Below, piece after piece: positions 41,072-51,240 of a DNA stretch of 64,000 nt. The first letter of the stretch is position 1. Every line of letters starts with the position of its first letter. The position numbers were made by a program, and so were the translations under genes. This stretch comes from Eledone cirrhosa (taxonomy: Eukaryota). The stretch is taken from assembly GCA_964016885.1 (NCBI GenBank), contig OZ024747.1:88908001-88972000 (forward strand). The letters run 5' to 3'. The notes beneath the pieces are model-generated. The model was not told the origin of the DNA. It did not search any database and saw only the letters and a list, made by a program, of their open reading frames with translations.

Positions 41072-41424
41072 AATATGGTTTTATAAATATAGTTTCCATT
41101 TGTTAATATCGTATGTTTACTCCAAATACTCGTTAATTATTCGTTTACTCCAAATATTCGTTAATTCTAATCTTGCTGACTGTTCCTCTCAAAGAGGCAG
41201 GACCCCGACGGCTGAGCTCTGGCCGTTTCGACAGCTAGATCCGAACTAGCTGTTGAAACGGCCGGAGCTCAGCCGTTGGGGTCCTGCCTCTTTTCCTATT
41301 ACCCACTCTACTACCCTAAGTATCGAGTACTCTGGTGTGTTATGATCCTCCTGGTTCCTTACCACACTTTCTTTGTTATGTTATATATTATATATATATA
41401 TATGTATGTGTGTATATTTATATA

Positions 41425-41472
<48 letters not shown>

Positions 41473-41496
41473 TATATAAATATACACATATATATA

Positions 41497-43167
41497 TCAT
41501 CATCATCATCATTGTTTAACGTCCATATTCCATGCTTGCATGGGTTTGGACGGGAGTTTTCCCACCTGAGAGGCAAGATTGGTTGTCCTGCTCTTATAGG
41601 ACTGTCTGCCCTTCCTAACACCAACCACGTTTACAGTGTGGACTGGGAGGTTTTTACCGTGTTACCTACACGGCCACATTACAGCGTGGACTGTGTGTTT
41701 TTTTGTTGTGACACCTACACGACCTCATTTGTTTCGGACTGGATGTTGTGGTACCAACATAACTTCACATTTAAGGGGGTGGTGTGGATGGGGTGGGGGT
41801 AGTGGGACAGGGGTGTATTTCGTTAGAGGTGCTTACTGACTGTAGGTTTCGCTTTGTACTTAGGTAAGGCGCGTCTTCTCTATTACTGTGTAGCGCCAAA
41901 GATCTCGGTCCAGTGACATCGTCTTGGAGAGGTGTAAGTGTGTGAGGTCGGAATTTATCAAGTCGTCCCAGGTTTTTATGGGTCTGCCTACTCCGTGGCT
42001 ACCATCTATTTTTATTGCCCTGCACTTTTTTATACAGCTGTCGTCTTTCATGCGCATCACGTGACTGTACCAACGTAGTCTTCTCTCGAGTAAACAATAT
42101 CTGATCCCTATTATTCCTAATTTCTCCCTTAGTTCGTTTATGCTTTGCCGTTCACGTACATTACGATTACACATTCAGCGGAGCATGCAAGCTTCGTTTC
42201 TCTCCAGTCTGCGTATATCCTCTGCACACAATGCCCAGGTCTCACTGCCATGTAACATTGCTGTTCGTATGCAGGCATCATACAGCCTGCCTTTCATTTT
42301 TAGAGAGAACCCTTTAGCGGCCAATAGTGGTATAAGCTCTCTGAACTTTTTCCATCCCGTTCTGACTCTAGCTACTGTACTTTCAGAGCACCCTCCCCCA
42401 CTGCTGATTTTGTCACCCAGGTAACGGAAGCTGTCCACTATTTCTATAGAACCAGCTGTGCAATGGAATGAATTAGTATTCTGTGGGCACTTGCTGCTAC
42501 TTATTGCACCAGAACACCAGCCACATATAAAATCTATATTCTTAGTTAGCTTACCTGTGATCCCACTACATCTTTTATGTACCCATACTTTGCATTTGGG
42601 ACATAAAATGGAGTTTCTGCCTACTCCTTTCCTACACACTGAGCATGGCCATTTCCCAGATGGGACCGGTGCCCTATTTTCCTTCCTACAAACTAGAACT
42701 TTAGTCTTAGAAGGCCTTTTGATTCTAGGCCATGCTTCCATGTTTGGAATTTCTTCTCTAGTTCAGCCATTGATTCAGCTATGAGCGTTAGATCATCTGC
42801 ATATAGGAGTTCCCATGAGCAGCCAGTCTTGAACTTCTCTGTTATAGCCTGAAGGGCAATAATAAATAGTAGGGGGCTAAGGACGGAGCCCTGATGAACA
42901 CCAACTTTTACGCTAAACTCTTCACTGCATTCGTTAATTCTAATCTTGCTGACTGTTCCTTGTATAGCTCTCACAAGCCATTCATCAACACCTAGTTTTC
43001 TAAGCGCCCACCAGATAATCGAGCGGAGTACTCTGTCAAAGGCTTTCTCCAAGTCAACAAAAGCTAAGTATAGGGGTTTACTTTTAGCTAGGTACTTCTC
43101 CTGTAGTTGTCGTACAATGAAAAGAGTGTCTACAGGAGAAGTACCTAGCTAAAAGTAAACCCCTATA

Positions 43168-43170
<3 letters not shown>
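41497..43170 (-). mobile_element. Degenerate RTE LINE 3' half between (TA)n tracts
   Basis: Same family as 20948-23794 with frameshifts and a stop; (GAT)n tail; 5' fold-back. Confidence 0.93.
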
Positions 43171-43202
<32 letters not shown>

Positions 43203-43343
43203 AGTTTATGTTGGTTGTATACCAACACCTCAGTATGCTGGCTGGAGCACTCGACGAAGTGCGCAGGTTGGTTTGGTTACTCCGGACTAGTGTAAAATAA
43301 AGTTAAATAAAAGTCAAATGATTAAAATTTAGCTTCGTTTATT

Positions 43344-43398
43344 ACTGCTATATATATTTCAGTGACAGCCATCTTTGGCTGTGACCTCTTCAGGCAGT
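43344..43398 (-). ncRNA. Type I hammerhead ribozyme motif (mirror copy)
   Basis: Reverse complement of 43520-43574. Confidence 0.78.
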
Positions 43399-43519
43399 TT
43401 GAATTAGTATGGTATAGACAAGTGAAATAACAACCCAACAAGGAACTGGGCATATCAGAGTATTGACAATATTATACACCTAAACAACATATGTACTTGT
43501 CTATACCATACTAATTCAA

Positions 43520-43574
43520 ACTGCCTGAAGAGGTCACAGCCAAAGATGGCTGTCACTGAAATATATATAGCAGT
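43520..43574 (+). ncRNA. Type I hammerhead ribozyme motif
   Basis: ACTGC-CTGAAGA-[GGTCACAGCC AAAGAT GGCTGTCACT]-GAAA-TATATA-TA-GCAGT. Confidence 0.8.
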
Positions 43575-43637
43575 AATAAACGAAGCTAAATTTTAATCAT
43601 TTAACTTTTATTTAACTTTATTTTATATATATATATC

Positions 43638-43980
43638 TCATCATCATCATTTTATTTCACGTCCGCTTTTTCCCTGCTTGCAAGGATGGGACGGGAACTG
43701 ATTCTGGCTTGATTTCTACAGCTGGATGCCATTCCCAACACCAACCTCATTTACAGTGAGTGCTGGGTGCTTTTTTTCCGTGGCGCCTACACATCCACTT
43801 TACAGTGGAATGATAGAGACCCCAGTCCCTATCATCTCATTTCTACAGCTGAGTAAACTGGAGCAACGTGAAATAAAGTGTCTTGCTCAAGGAAACAACA
43901 CATCACTCAGTCTGAGAATTGAACTCACAACCTTTCGATTGCAAGGCCAATGCTCTAACCACTAAGCCATATGCCTCCAC
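43638..43980 (-). mobile_element. tRNA-head SINE with RTE-like (GAT)n tail (copies 46161-46500 -, 51868-52187 +)
   Basis: TGGCTTAGTGGTTAGAGC...GAGTTCAATTC head; 3' CCCTTGCAAGCAGGGAAAAGTGGACGTAAAATGATGAT shared with RTE ends. Confidence 0.85.
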
Positions 43981-44004
43981 ATATATATGTATATATATAT
44001 ATAT

Positions 44005-44063
<59 letters not shown>

Positions 44064-44108
44064 TAAACAAATAATGAATAAACAATTCCTTATATTAAAC
44101 AAAAAAAG

Positions 44109-44263
44109 TTCACTATTTTACGATCGTTTCTAGGATATATATGTGTTATAATTGGTATGCATATTCAACAGATCTATGTACAAAATTATACAAAATTATA
44201 CAAATTATCAAGATTAAATATACATACCAAACACATATATACGCCGTCTTCAGAAATAATGAA
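44109..44263 (-). ncRNA. Type I hammerhead ribozyme motif with long stem II (mirror copy)
   Basis: Reverse complement of 44832-44986. Confidence 0.72.
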
Positions 44264-44831
44264 GTATATTTATTGATAATAACAACAATTCAAAATTTCA
44301 GTTCAAAATTGACCAATGAAAACACAAAGGGTTAAATGCAGTAAACTGACCCCTCCCCCCCCTCCCACCTAATTTCTGTATCTTGATCTAGAAATGTGTG
44401 TGCCAATGTTTTATGTGAGTGAATTAATATCCATGTGCTTATGATTTTATATCCACATATATAAATGTGAGTGGGGGTGTGTGTGTGTTTGTATGTTCGT
44501 GGTTATGTGTATATTTATGCATATACGCGCGTGTATGTGTGATTGTACTGATATGTGTGAGTATGAAAAAATATATTTATATACTTGATTTCATAAGTAT
44601 CAATGCGCATCTTATCTGCGCATTGTAAGCTCACAGAGACATTAACCTTGAAATTTTGTATTTGCATCCATCCTTTTAGTATGCGTATACAAATTATACA
44701 TACATTTTTGTAAAATATGTGTAAGGGTTTTACATGTATATACACACACCGAACTGCATTTAACCCTTTGTGTTTTCATTGGTCAATTTTGAACTGAAAT
44801 TTTGAATTGTTGTTATTATCAATAAATATAC

Positions 44832-44986
44832 TTCATTATTTCTGAAGACGGCGTATATATGTGTTTGGTATGTATATTTAATCTTGATAATTTGTATAAT
44901 TTTGTATAATTTTGTACATAGATCTGTTGAATATGCATACCAATTATAACACATATATATCCTAGAAACGATCGTAAAATAGTGAA
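44832..44986 (+). ncRNA. Type I hammerhead ribozyme motif with ~116-nt stem II
   Basis: TTCATTATTT-CTGAAGA(44842-44848)-long hairpin-GAAA(44965-44968)-CGATCG-TA-AAATAGTGAA. Confidence 0.75.
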
Positions 44987-45171
44987 CTTTTTTTGTTTAA
45001 TATAAGGAATTGTTTATTCATTATTTGTTTAATATTTTATCTTGACTCTGTATACCGTTTATCTTTCACCGAAAGTGGTTTTTCATTACATCTCTTCTTT
45101 CCATGATATCCGGAATACATTGAGTTCTTCATACGGATTGGACACTACCGTAAACTCTTGGTAGATTTATC

Positions 45172-45212
<41 letters not shown>

Positions 45213-46112
45213 TATATATACACACACACACATATACACATACATATCTAGGGCAGGTAAAATTCACGAGATACACATACACATACATATACATATCATG
45301 AGATATCTAGGTGTAAATTTTCTGGCAACTTGCAATTCTCAAAGGGTCATGATACAAACAAATAAATGAAAAAGGAGAAACATTTTTTGAAAAATTAATT
45401 CCCCTTTTTTTTTCATATAAAAATAGGAATACAAATTAAAATCAAAAATCAAAAACAGACCTGTAATAAATAAACTGAGATGAGGTGGAAAAGAAATTAG
45501 TTAATCAGAAGGAGAAAAATATTAATAAAATTATTAATGCATTCTTTTTTTTTAATGAATCTAAACAAGATCCCAGACTTCATCTGCTTACTGAATGGAA
45601 TGGAACTTGGACCAAGGAAACAATGTTTCCATTGGTATTTCCAATTGCTGATACTATCTACTGATCTCAAATCCTGGCAGAAATATTTTGAACTTGTTTT
45701 ATATACAAATGTTATATACACACAAATACATGTGTACAATATATACTTCAACTTATTTCATATACAAATAAATAGATGCGTACAATATATACTTTGAACT
45801 TATTTCATATACAGATGATATATACACATAAATAGTTGTGTACAACATACACTTCAAACTTGTTTCATATACAGGTGATATGTGGACAATATCGGAATAA
45901 TATTGAAACAATACCGATACAATGTCAAGACAATATCGAAACAATATAGTTTACATATATGGTTATGAATGTTTTGGGAAAACCAATACAATGCAACTTT
46001 ACAGGATGGGAAACTGAGGAAAGTACAGCAAGAAAAAACAAAATAACACTTTTATGCACACACACACACACTGCATTGACAAGTCAATATTTTTATACAT
46101 CAATATTTACAT

Positions 46113-46163
<51 letters not shown>

Positions 46164-46497
46164 TCATCATCATCATCATCATTTTTACGTCCACTTTTCC
46201 CTGCTTGCAAGGGTGGGACGGGAACTGATTTTTGGCTTGATTTCTACAGCTGGATGCCCTTCCTAACACCAACCTCATTTACAGTGAGTGCTGGGTGCTT
46301 TTTTGCCGTGGCACCTCCACGACCACTTTACAGTGGAATGATAGGGACTCCAGTCCTTATCATCTCATTTCTACAGCTGAGTAAACTGGAGCAATGTGAA
46401 ATAAAGAGTCTTGCTCAAGGACACAACACATCACCCGGTCTGAACTCACAACCTTTCGATTGCAAGGCCAATGCTCTAACCACTAAGCCATGTGCCT

Positions 46498-46532
<35 letters not shown>

Positions 46533-46533
<1 letters not shown>

Positions 46534-47000
46534 TCCGACCTCACACACTTACACCTCTCCAAGACAATGTCACTGGACCGAGACCTTTGGCGGTACTCAG
46601 TAACAGAGAAGACCCGCCTTACCTAAATACATAGTAAAACCTACTACAGCCAGTAGGCAGCTCTAACAAAATACACCCCGTCCCACCACCCCGTTCTATG
46701 TAAAGTTATGTTGGTGCCGCGCCATCCAGGCCGAAACAAATGAGATCGTGTAGGTGTCACGACAAAAAAACACACAGTCCATGCTGTAATGTGGCTGTGT
46801 AGGCAACACGGTAAAAACCTCCCAGACCCACACTGTAAATGTGGTTGGTGTTAGGAAGGGCATCCAACTGTAGAAAACCTGCCAGACAGTCCTATGCGAG
46901 CAAGTCAATCACTCTTGCCTCAAGTGGGACTACCCCCGTCCAAACCCATGCAAGCGTGGAACACGGACGTTAAACGTTGATGATGATGATGATGATGATG
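46533..47000 (+). mobile_element. RTE LINE 3' end between (TA)n tracts
   Basis: Near-identical reverse complement of 20948-21432. Confidence 0.92.
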
Positions 47001-47054
47001 ATATATATATATATAATATATAAGATCAAAAGATGGTTAAAGGAGTTCCATGTA

Positions 47055-47121
47055 TTTTATTATGCGCATTTCAAAAACAAACATCATCATGCAATAATAT
47101 TTGTGTTTTCATCAGATAAAA
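47055..47121 (-). ncRNA. Type I hammerhead ribozyme motif (mirror copy)
   Basis: Reverse complement of 47242-47308. Confidence 0.8.
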
Positions 47122-47241
47122 CAGGAGAACATGATATGAAGGCTAAAAAACACTTGTGGATAGTGCAGTTTTAAATCAACATGTTGATTTAAAACTGCAC
47201 TATCCACAAGTGTTTTTTAGCCTTCATATCATGTTCTCCTG

Positions 47242-47308
47242 TTTTATCTGATGAAAACACAAATATTATTGCATGATGATGTTTGTTTTTGAAATGCGCA
47301 TAATAAAA
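47242..47308 (+). ncRNA. Type I hammerhead ribozyme motif
   Basis: TTTTAT-CTGATGA-[AAACACAAATATTATT GCAT GATGATGTTTGTTTTT]-GAAA-TGCGCA-TA-ATAAAA. Confidence 0.82.
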
Positions 47309-47431
47309 TACATGGAACTCCTTTAACCATCTTTTGATCTTATATTATGTATACTCCAGTCCTACAAACTGTAGAGTGCTTCTTATCCGATATCTGCATT
47401 GCTTTATTGTACTACAATAAAACTCACCTCC

Positions 47432-47473
<42 letters not shown>

Positions 47474-47859
47474 ATGTAAATATTGATGTACAAAAATATT
47501 GACTTGATGCAAAGTTGACGCTAAAAACCCAAAGCAGAGGGAACTTGCATAGATATTGTTATAGGTACAACAATTTTAATATCTTGCATGCCGAATTTAA
47601 TGGGGGGCCAATTGCCCTGGGTCCCCTGAAGTGTGGGATGGGGGTGGGGGGCACCAGTGACAGCCGTAGTCATTTATTTGTGCCCTCAGCTGGCCTTTTT
47701 AGTTTTAGGATGGTTAGAAGTTTTGAATTTAATACCTGTATGTATAACTTTTCAATCCCAATTACATGTGCCAAGCTAACTTTAATATGTAAAAATTGGG
47801 GGATTCTAACTTTTTGTGTATGAGCAATCATTTCCTGATATATACTAATCTTTCTGCAT

Positions 47860-49150
47860 AACAGAAAGAGTTATAGTACAGCTGATTAGAGACCGGGTTA
47901 ATCTAGATGAGATGCAGTTCGGATTTGTGCCACGTAAAATTACCACAGATGCTCTCTTTCTTGTGAAAGCAGCTACAGAAGTACCTAGCTAAGAGTAAGT
48001 CGCTCTACCTAGCATTTGTTTATCTGGAGAAAGCTTTTGACAGAGTCCTCCATGCCATAATCTGGTGGGCTCTTAGAAAACTAAAAGTTGAAGAGTGGCT
48101 TGTGAAGGCTGTACAAGCCATGTATAGGGGAGCAGTCAACAAAGTTAGGATTAACAATGGATATAGTGAAGAAATTATCATTGTGCAGGCTATAACAGAG
48201 GAGTTTAAGACTGGCTGCCCATAGAAACTGTATGCAGATGATCTAATCCGTATGGCTGAATCTATAGCAGAATTAGAGAAGAAATTCCAAATCTGGAAGC
48301 ATGGCCTAGTATCAAAGTAAACCTGACAATGACTAAGCTCCTAGTAAGTAGAAGGGAAAACAGGGCCCTGATCCCATCACGCAACTGGCCTTGCTCAATG
48401 TGTAGGAAAAACATAAGAAATGTCCCAAATGCAAATTATGGGTACAAAAAGAGATGTAGTGGGATCTCAGGTAGGTTAGCTAAGAACATAGGTTTTACAT
48501 GTGGCTGTTGCACAGAAGTAGTAAGCAGCAAACGCGCACTATCAAATCCTTGGAAGGTTCTATAGAAGCTGTAGACTACTTCTGCTACCTGGGTGACCAA
48601 ATTAGCAGTAAAGGTGGGTGTTCTGAAAGTACAGTAGCTAGAGTGAGAATGGGATGGAAAAAGTTCAAGTAGCTACTACCAATGCTAGCTACAAAAGGTT
48701 TTTCTTTGAAAATGAAGGGAAAATTGTATGATGCATGTATACAAACAGCAACGTTGCATGGTAGTGAACCTAAGAGCCGTGTGCAGAGGACCTGCGAAGA
48801 TTGGAAAGAAAAGAAGCTTCCATGCTTCAATCGATGTGTAATAGTAATATACATAAATGGCAATGCATAAATGAACTGAGAAACTGGGTATAAAAGGGGT
48901 CAGATGCAGTGTGCAGGAGAAGAGAATGCATTGGTATGGACATGTGATGCATATGAATGATTACAGTTGTATAAAAAGGTGCAGAGCGTTCAAAGTTGAT
49001 GGAAGCTATGGAGTAGGAAGACCTAGAAAGAGTTGGGATAAGGTGATAAAAGCTGATCTTGCACAATTGTACTCTCAAAGACGATGACACAGGACTGAGA
49101 TCTCTGGCGTTATGCAGTAATACAGAAAACCCGACTTCCCATGAGCACAG
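47860..49150 (+). mobile_element. Old degenerate RTE LINE
   Basis: RT and C-terminal motifs with many stops and deletions. Confidence 0.9.
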
Positions 49151-51140
49151 GTTGAAGCATACATCTAGTATGCACCAACTTGGTATTGAATATTCTTTTC
49201 TCTCAGCCATCAACTACATGCAGATATATAAATACACACACACACACATATATATACATATACACAATATCGAGTTCACTGATATGTGTATGTAAATTTA
49301 CACACAGTTACGTATTTCCTAGTGGTTGATAAGTTGATATGGATATCATCTACTGAGAACCCCAAAAGTCTGAGAACCGATTAACCATTTCACAACTGTA
49401 TTTCCAATGAAATACACTCTATTTCAATTAATTAATGAAGAATTTTGAGGGATATATTCAAATTATTTCTTATTTCATTACTAAGATAGTAACTTCATAT
49501 GTAAGGTTCTTATATAAAATTATGTTGGAAGATTTAAATTTAAATAGAAACTTTTTAATATGGGTGGTTTGGGTTCATAGAAACAGAGCCAGTTTTGGCC
49601 AGGTTGGTAACGAAAGGGTTAAATATTTTGATCATAGATCATATTTTGACAAATATGTAAATTTGGATGGTTTACATGTCTAGATATTCAATGTATAAAT
49701 TTTTATATACATATTTACACAGTCACAGATTCCTCTATACTGTATATGTCCAGATAAGTTATAAATTTATTATATGTCAGCTGCTTAGCTAACTTAATAT
49801 ATACTAATCTTTCTGTTTGCCCATCCACCTCTGTTTAAGAAAAAAGTAAAAGTACACATAATATTCTCTTATTTCTGATTATCTAAAAGTGTGTGAACTT
49901 TAACTATAAACAACAACAATATAATAAGCTATTTACAGAAAGAATTTCACTGTCTGATGTGTTCCATACGAGATACAAGGGAGATAATGAAAACTAAAGT
50001 TAAGAGAGTTAGAAAGCCAACAAATAGAATCTAACAGGAAATAAGTTTTATATGTACAAAAAATACTGTATGTCCCAACATCTCTATAACTTTATTAAAA
50101 GTTCTTCAGAGCCTATTGATTGAGGGATTATATATATATATGATGTGGAAAGGGATAGAAGGCTAAACAACGCAAAATGGACTGTAAGATGAGGTAATGA
50201 AAAAGTAAGTCACCAGGTCATAGGACTGGCTTTGAAGAGAGTGAGTGATAAGTGGGGTGGATGTAATATAGGTAAACCATCAAATCATCACACCTTAGAA
50301 AAAGCATCTTGCAAGGTGTAATTCAAGGAGAAAAAAAGTGAGGCAGATGTAGGAAGAGAACTTTAGTGAGTGGACTGATCTTCAGTGAGGTACAAGATAG
50401 TTGCAAAGCACAAAAAGAGGTAGAGATATCTACAGAATTAAATCATTTGTGTTGATTTAACAGCTTGTATATGAGATATAATACAATATATTGTGTAGGA
50501 TAAAACAACAATACATAATACATTAGTAAACATTTTTCAATTTACAGGGAAACTTGTATTTTCTGGCATGTTTACATGCCTACATATTAAAAATATGAAT
50601 ATTTGTATACAGATTGGTCCAGTCTCGGTTATCGAATCAATATACAAGTATAACTTTATATACAGTATAACGTTATCATACACTGTGGCTGCTAGCGAAC
50701 ATCTTAATATATATCTATATAATAATTTTACAAGAGGTTGCTCCAAAATTGCTATTATATTTTTTTAACAACTGGAAGTAGCTCCAGAATGTTACAAGTT
50801 TATTTCACCATATTAGAGCTACAAGAAGTCTAAGAATGCAACTCCAGCTGCTTTAATGTGCAAGAATCTCCATGAGTGTTTTATTTTTAATTTGGTCTGG
50901 ATGACTTGTGGATGATTAACAAAGCAACTAAATAAAACAACTCAAAGTTTTTTTATGTTTGTTTAAACAAAACAAAATATTAAAAAAATCTATTAGATAA
51001 AATTAAACATATATTTGCATGCAGAATGAAACTAAAGCTGCATTCAATAGATTGGTGATTGTTGGGATAGTCTAAGACAATAGATAACCCAGGAATATCA
51101 CTGTCTGCCACCTATGATTGTTGAATTGTTTATCACTTAC

Positions 51141-51240
51141 ATTTTGTATCAGGTCCCTCAGGGGGAGTTGCAATTCCAAGCTCCTTTGAAGACATCCAGG
51201 CAGCAAAGCAATCTGACTCTTCCAGGTGAATTATCAGCAA
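51141..51240 (-). CDS. WDR48: WDR48 exon
   Basis: LLIIHLEESDCFAAWMSSKELGIATPPEGPDTK; GCCAG acceptor, GTAAGT donor, phase 1. Confidence 0.93.

Larger units (their letters stand above)
43199..43625. mobile_element. Hammerhead fold-back element A (131-bp arms, 71-nt loop, 94-nt one-sided extension)
   Basis: Arms 43293-43423 and 43495-43625 are inverted with one mismatch; (TA)n on both sides. Confidence 0.85.
44055..45174. mobile_element. Hammerhead fold-back element B (288-bp arms, 410-nt spacer, 134-nt extension)
   Basis: Arms 44055-44342 and 44753-45040 (identical 64-aa ORF called on both strands); (TA)n flanks. Confidence 0.88.
47018..47434. mobile_element. Hammerhead fold-back element C (~328-bp loop-less palindrome plus 89-nt extension)
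   Basis: Symmetry centre CAACA|TGTTG at 47181/47182; (TA)n flanks. Confidence 0.88.

Noticed and set aside
44325-44770. AAGGGTTAA / TTAACCCTT as piggyBac termini of element B
   Set aside because: They face outward and lie inside the inverted arms, which extend past the TTAA; the hammerhead architecture explains the element better
44141-44954. Identical 64-aa ORFs on opposite strands as duplicated genes
   Set aside because: A consequence of the inverted repeat; AT-rich, with no recognisable protein
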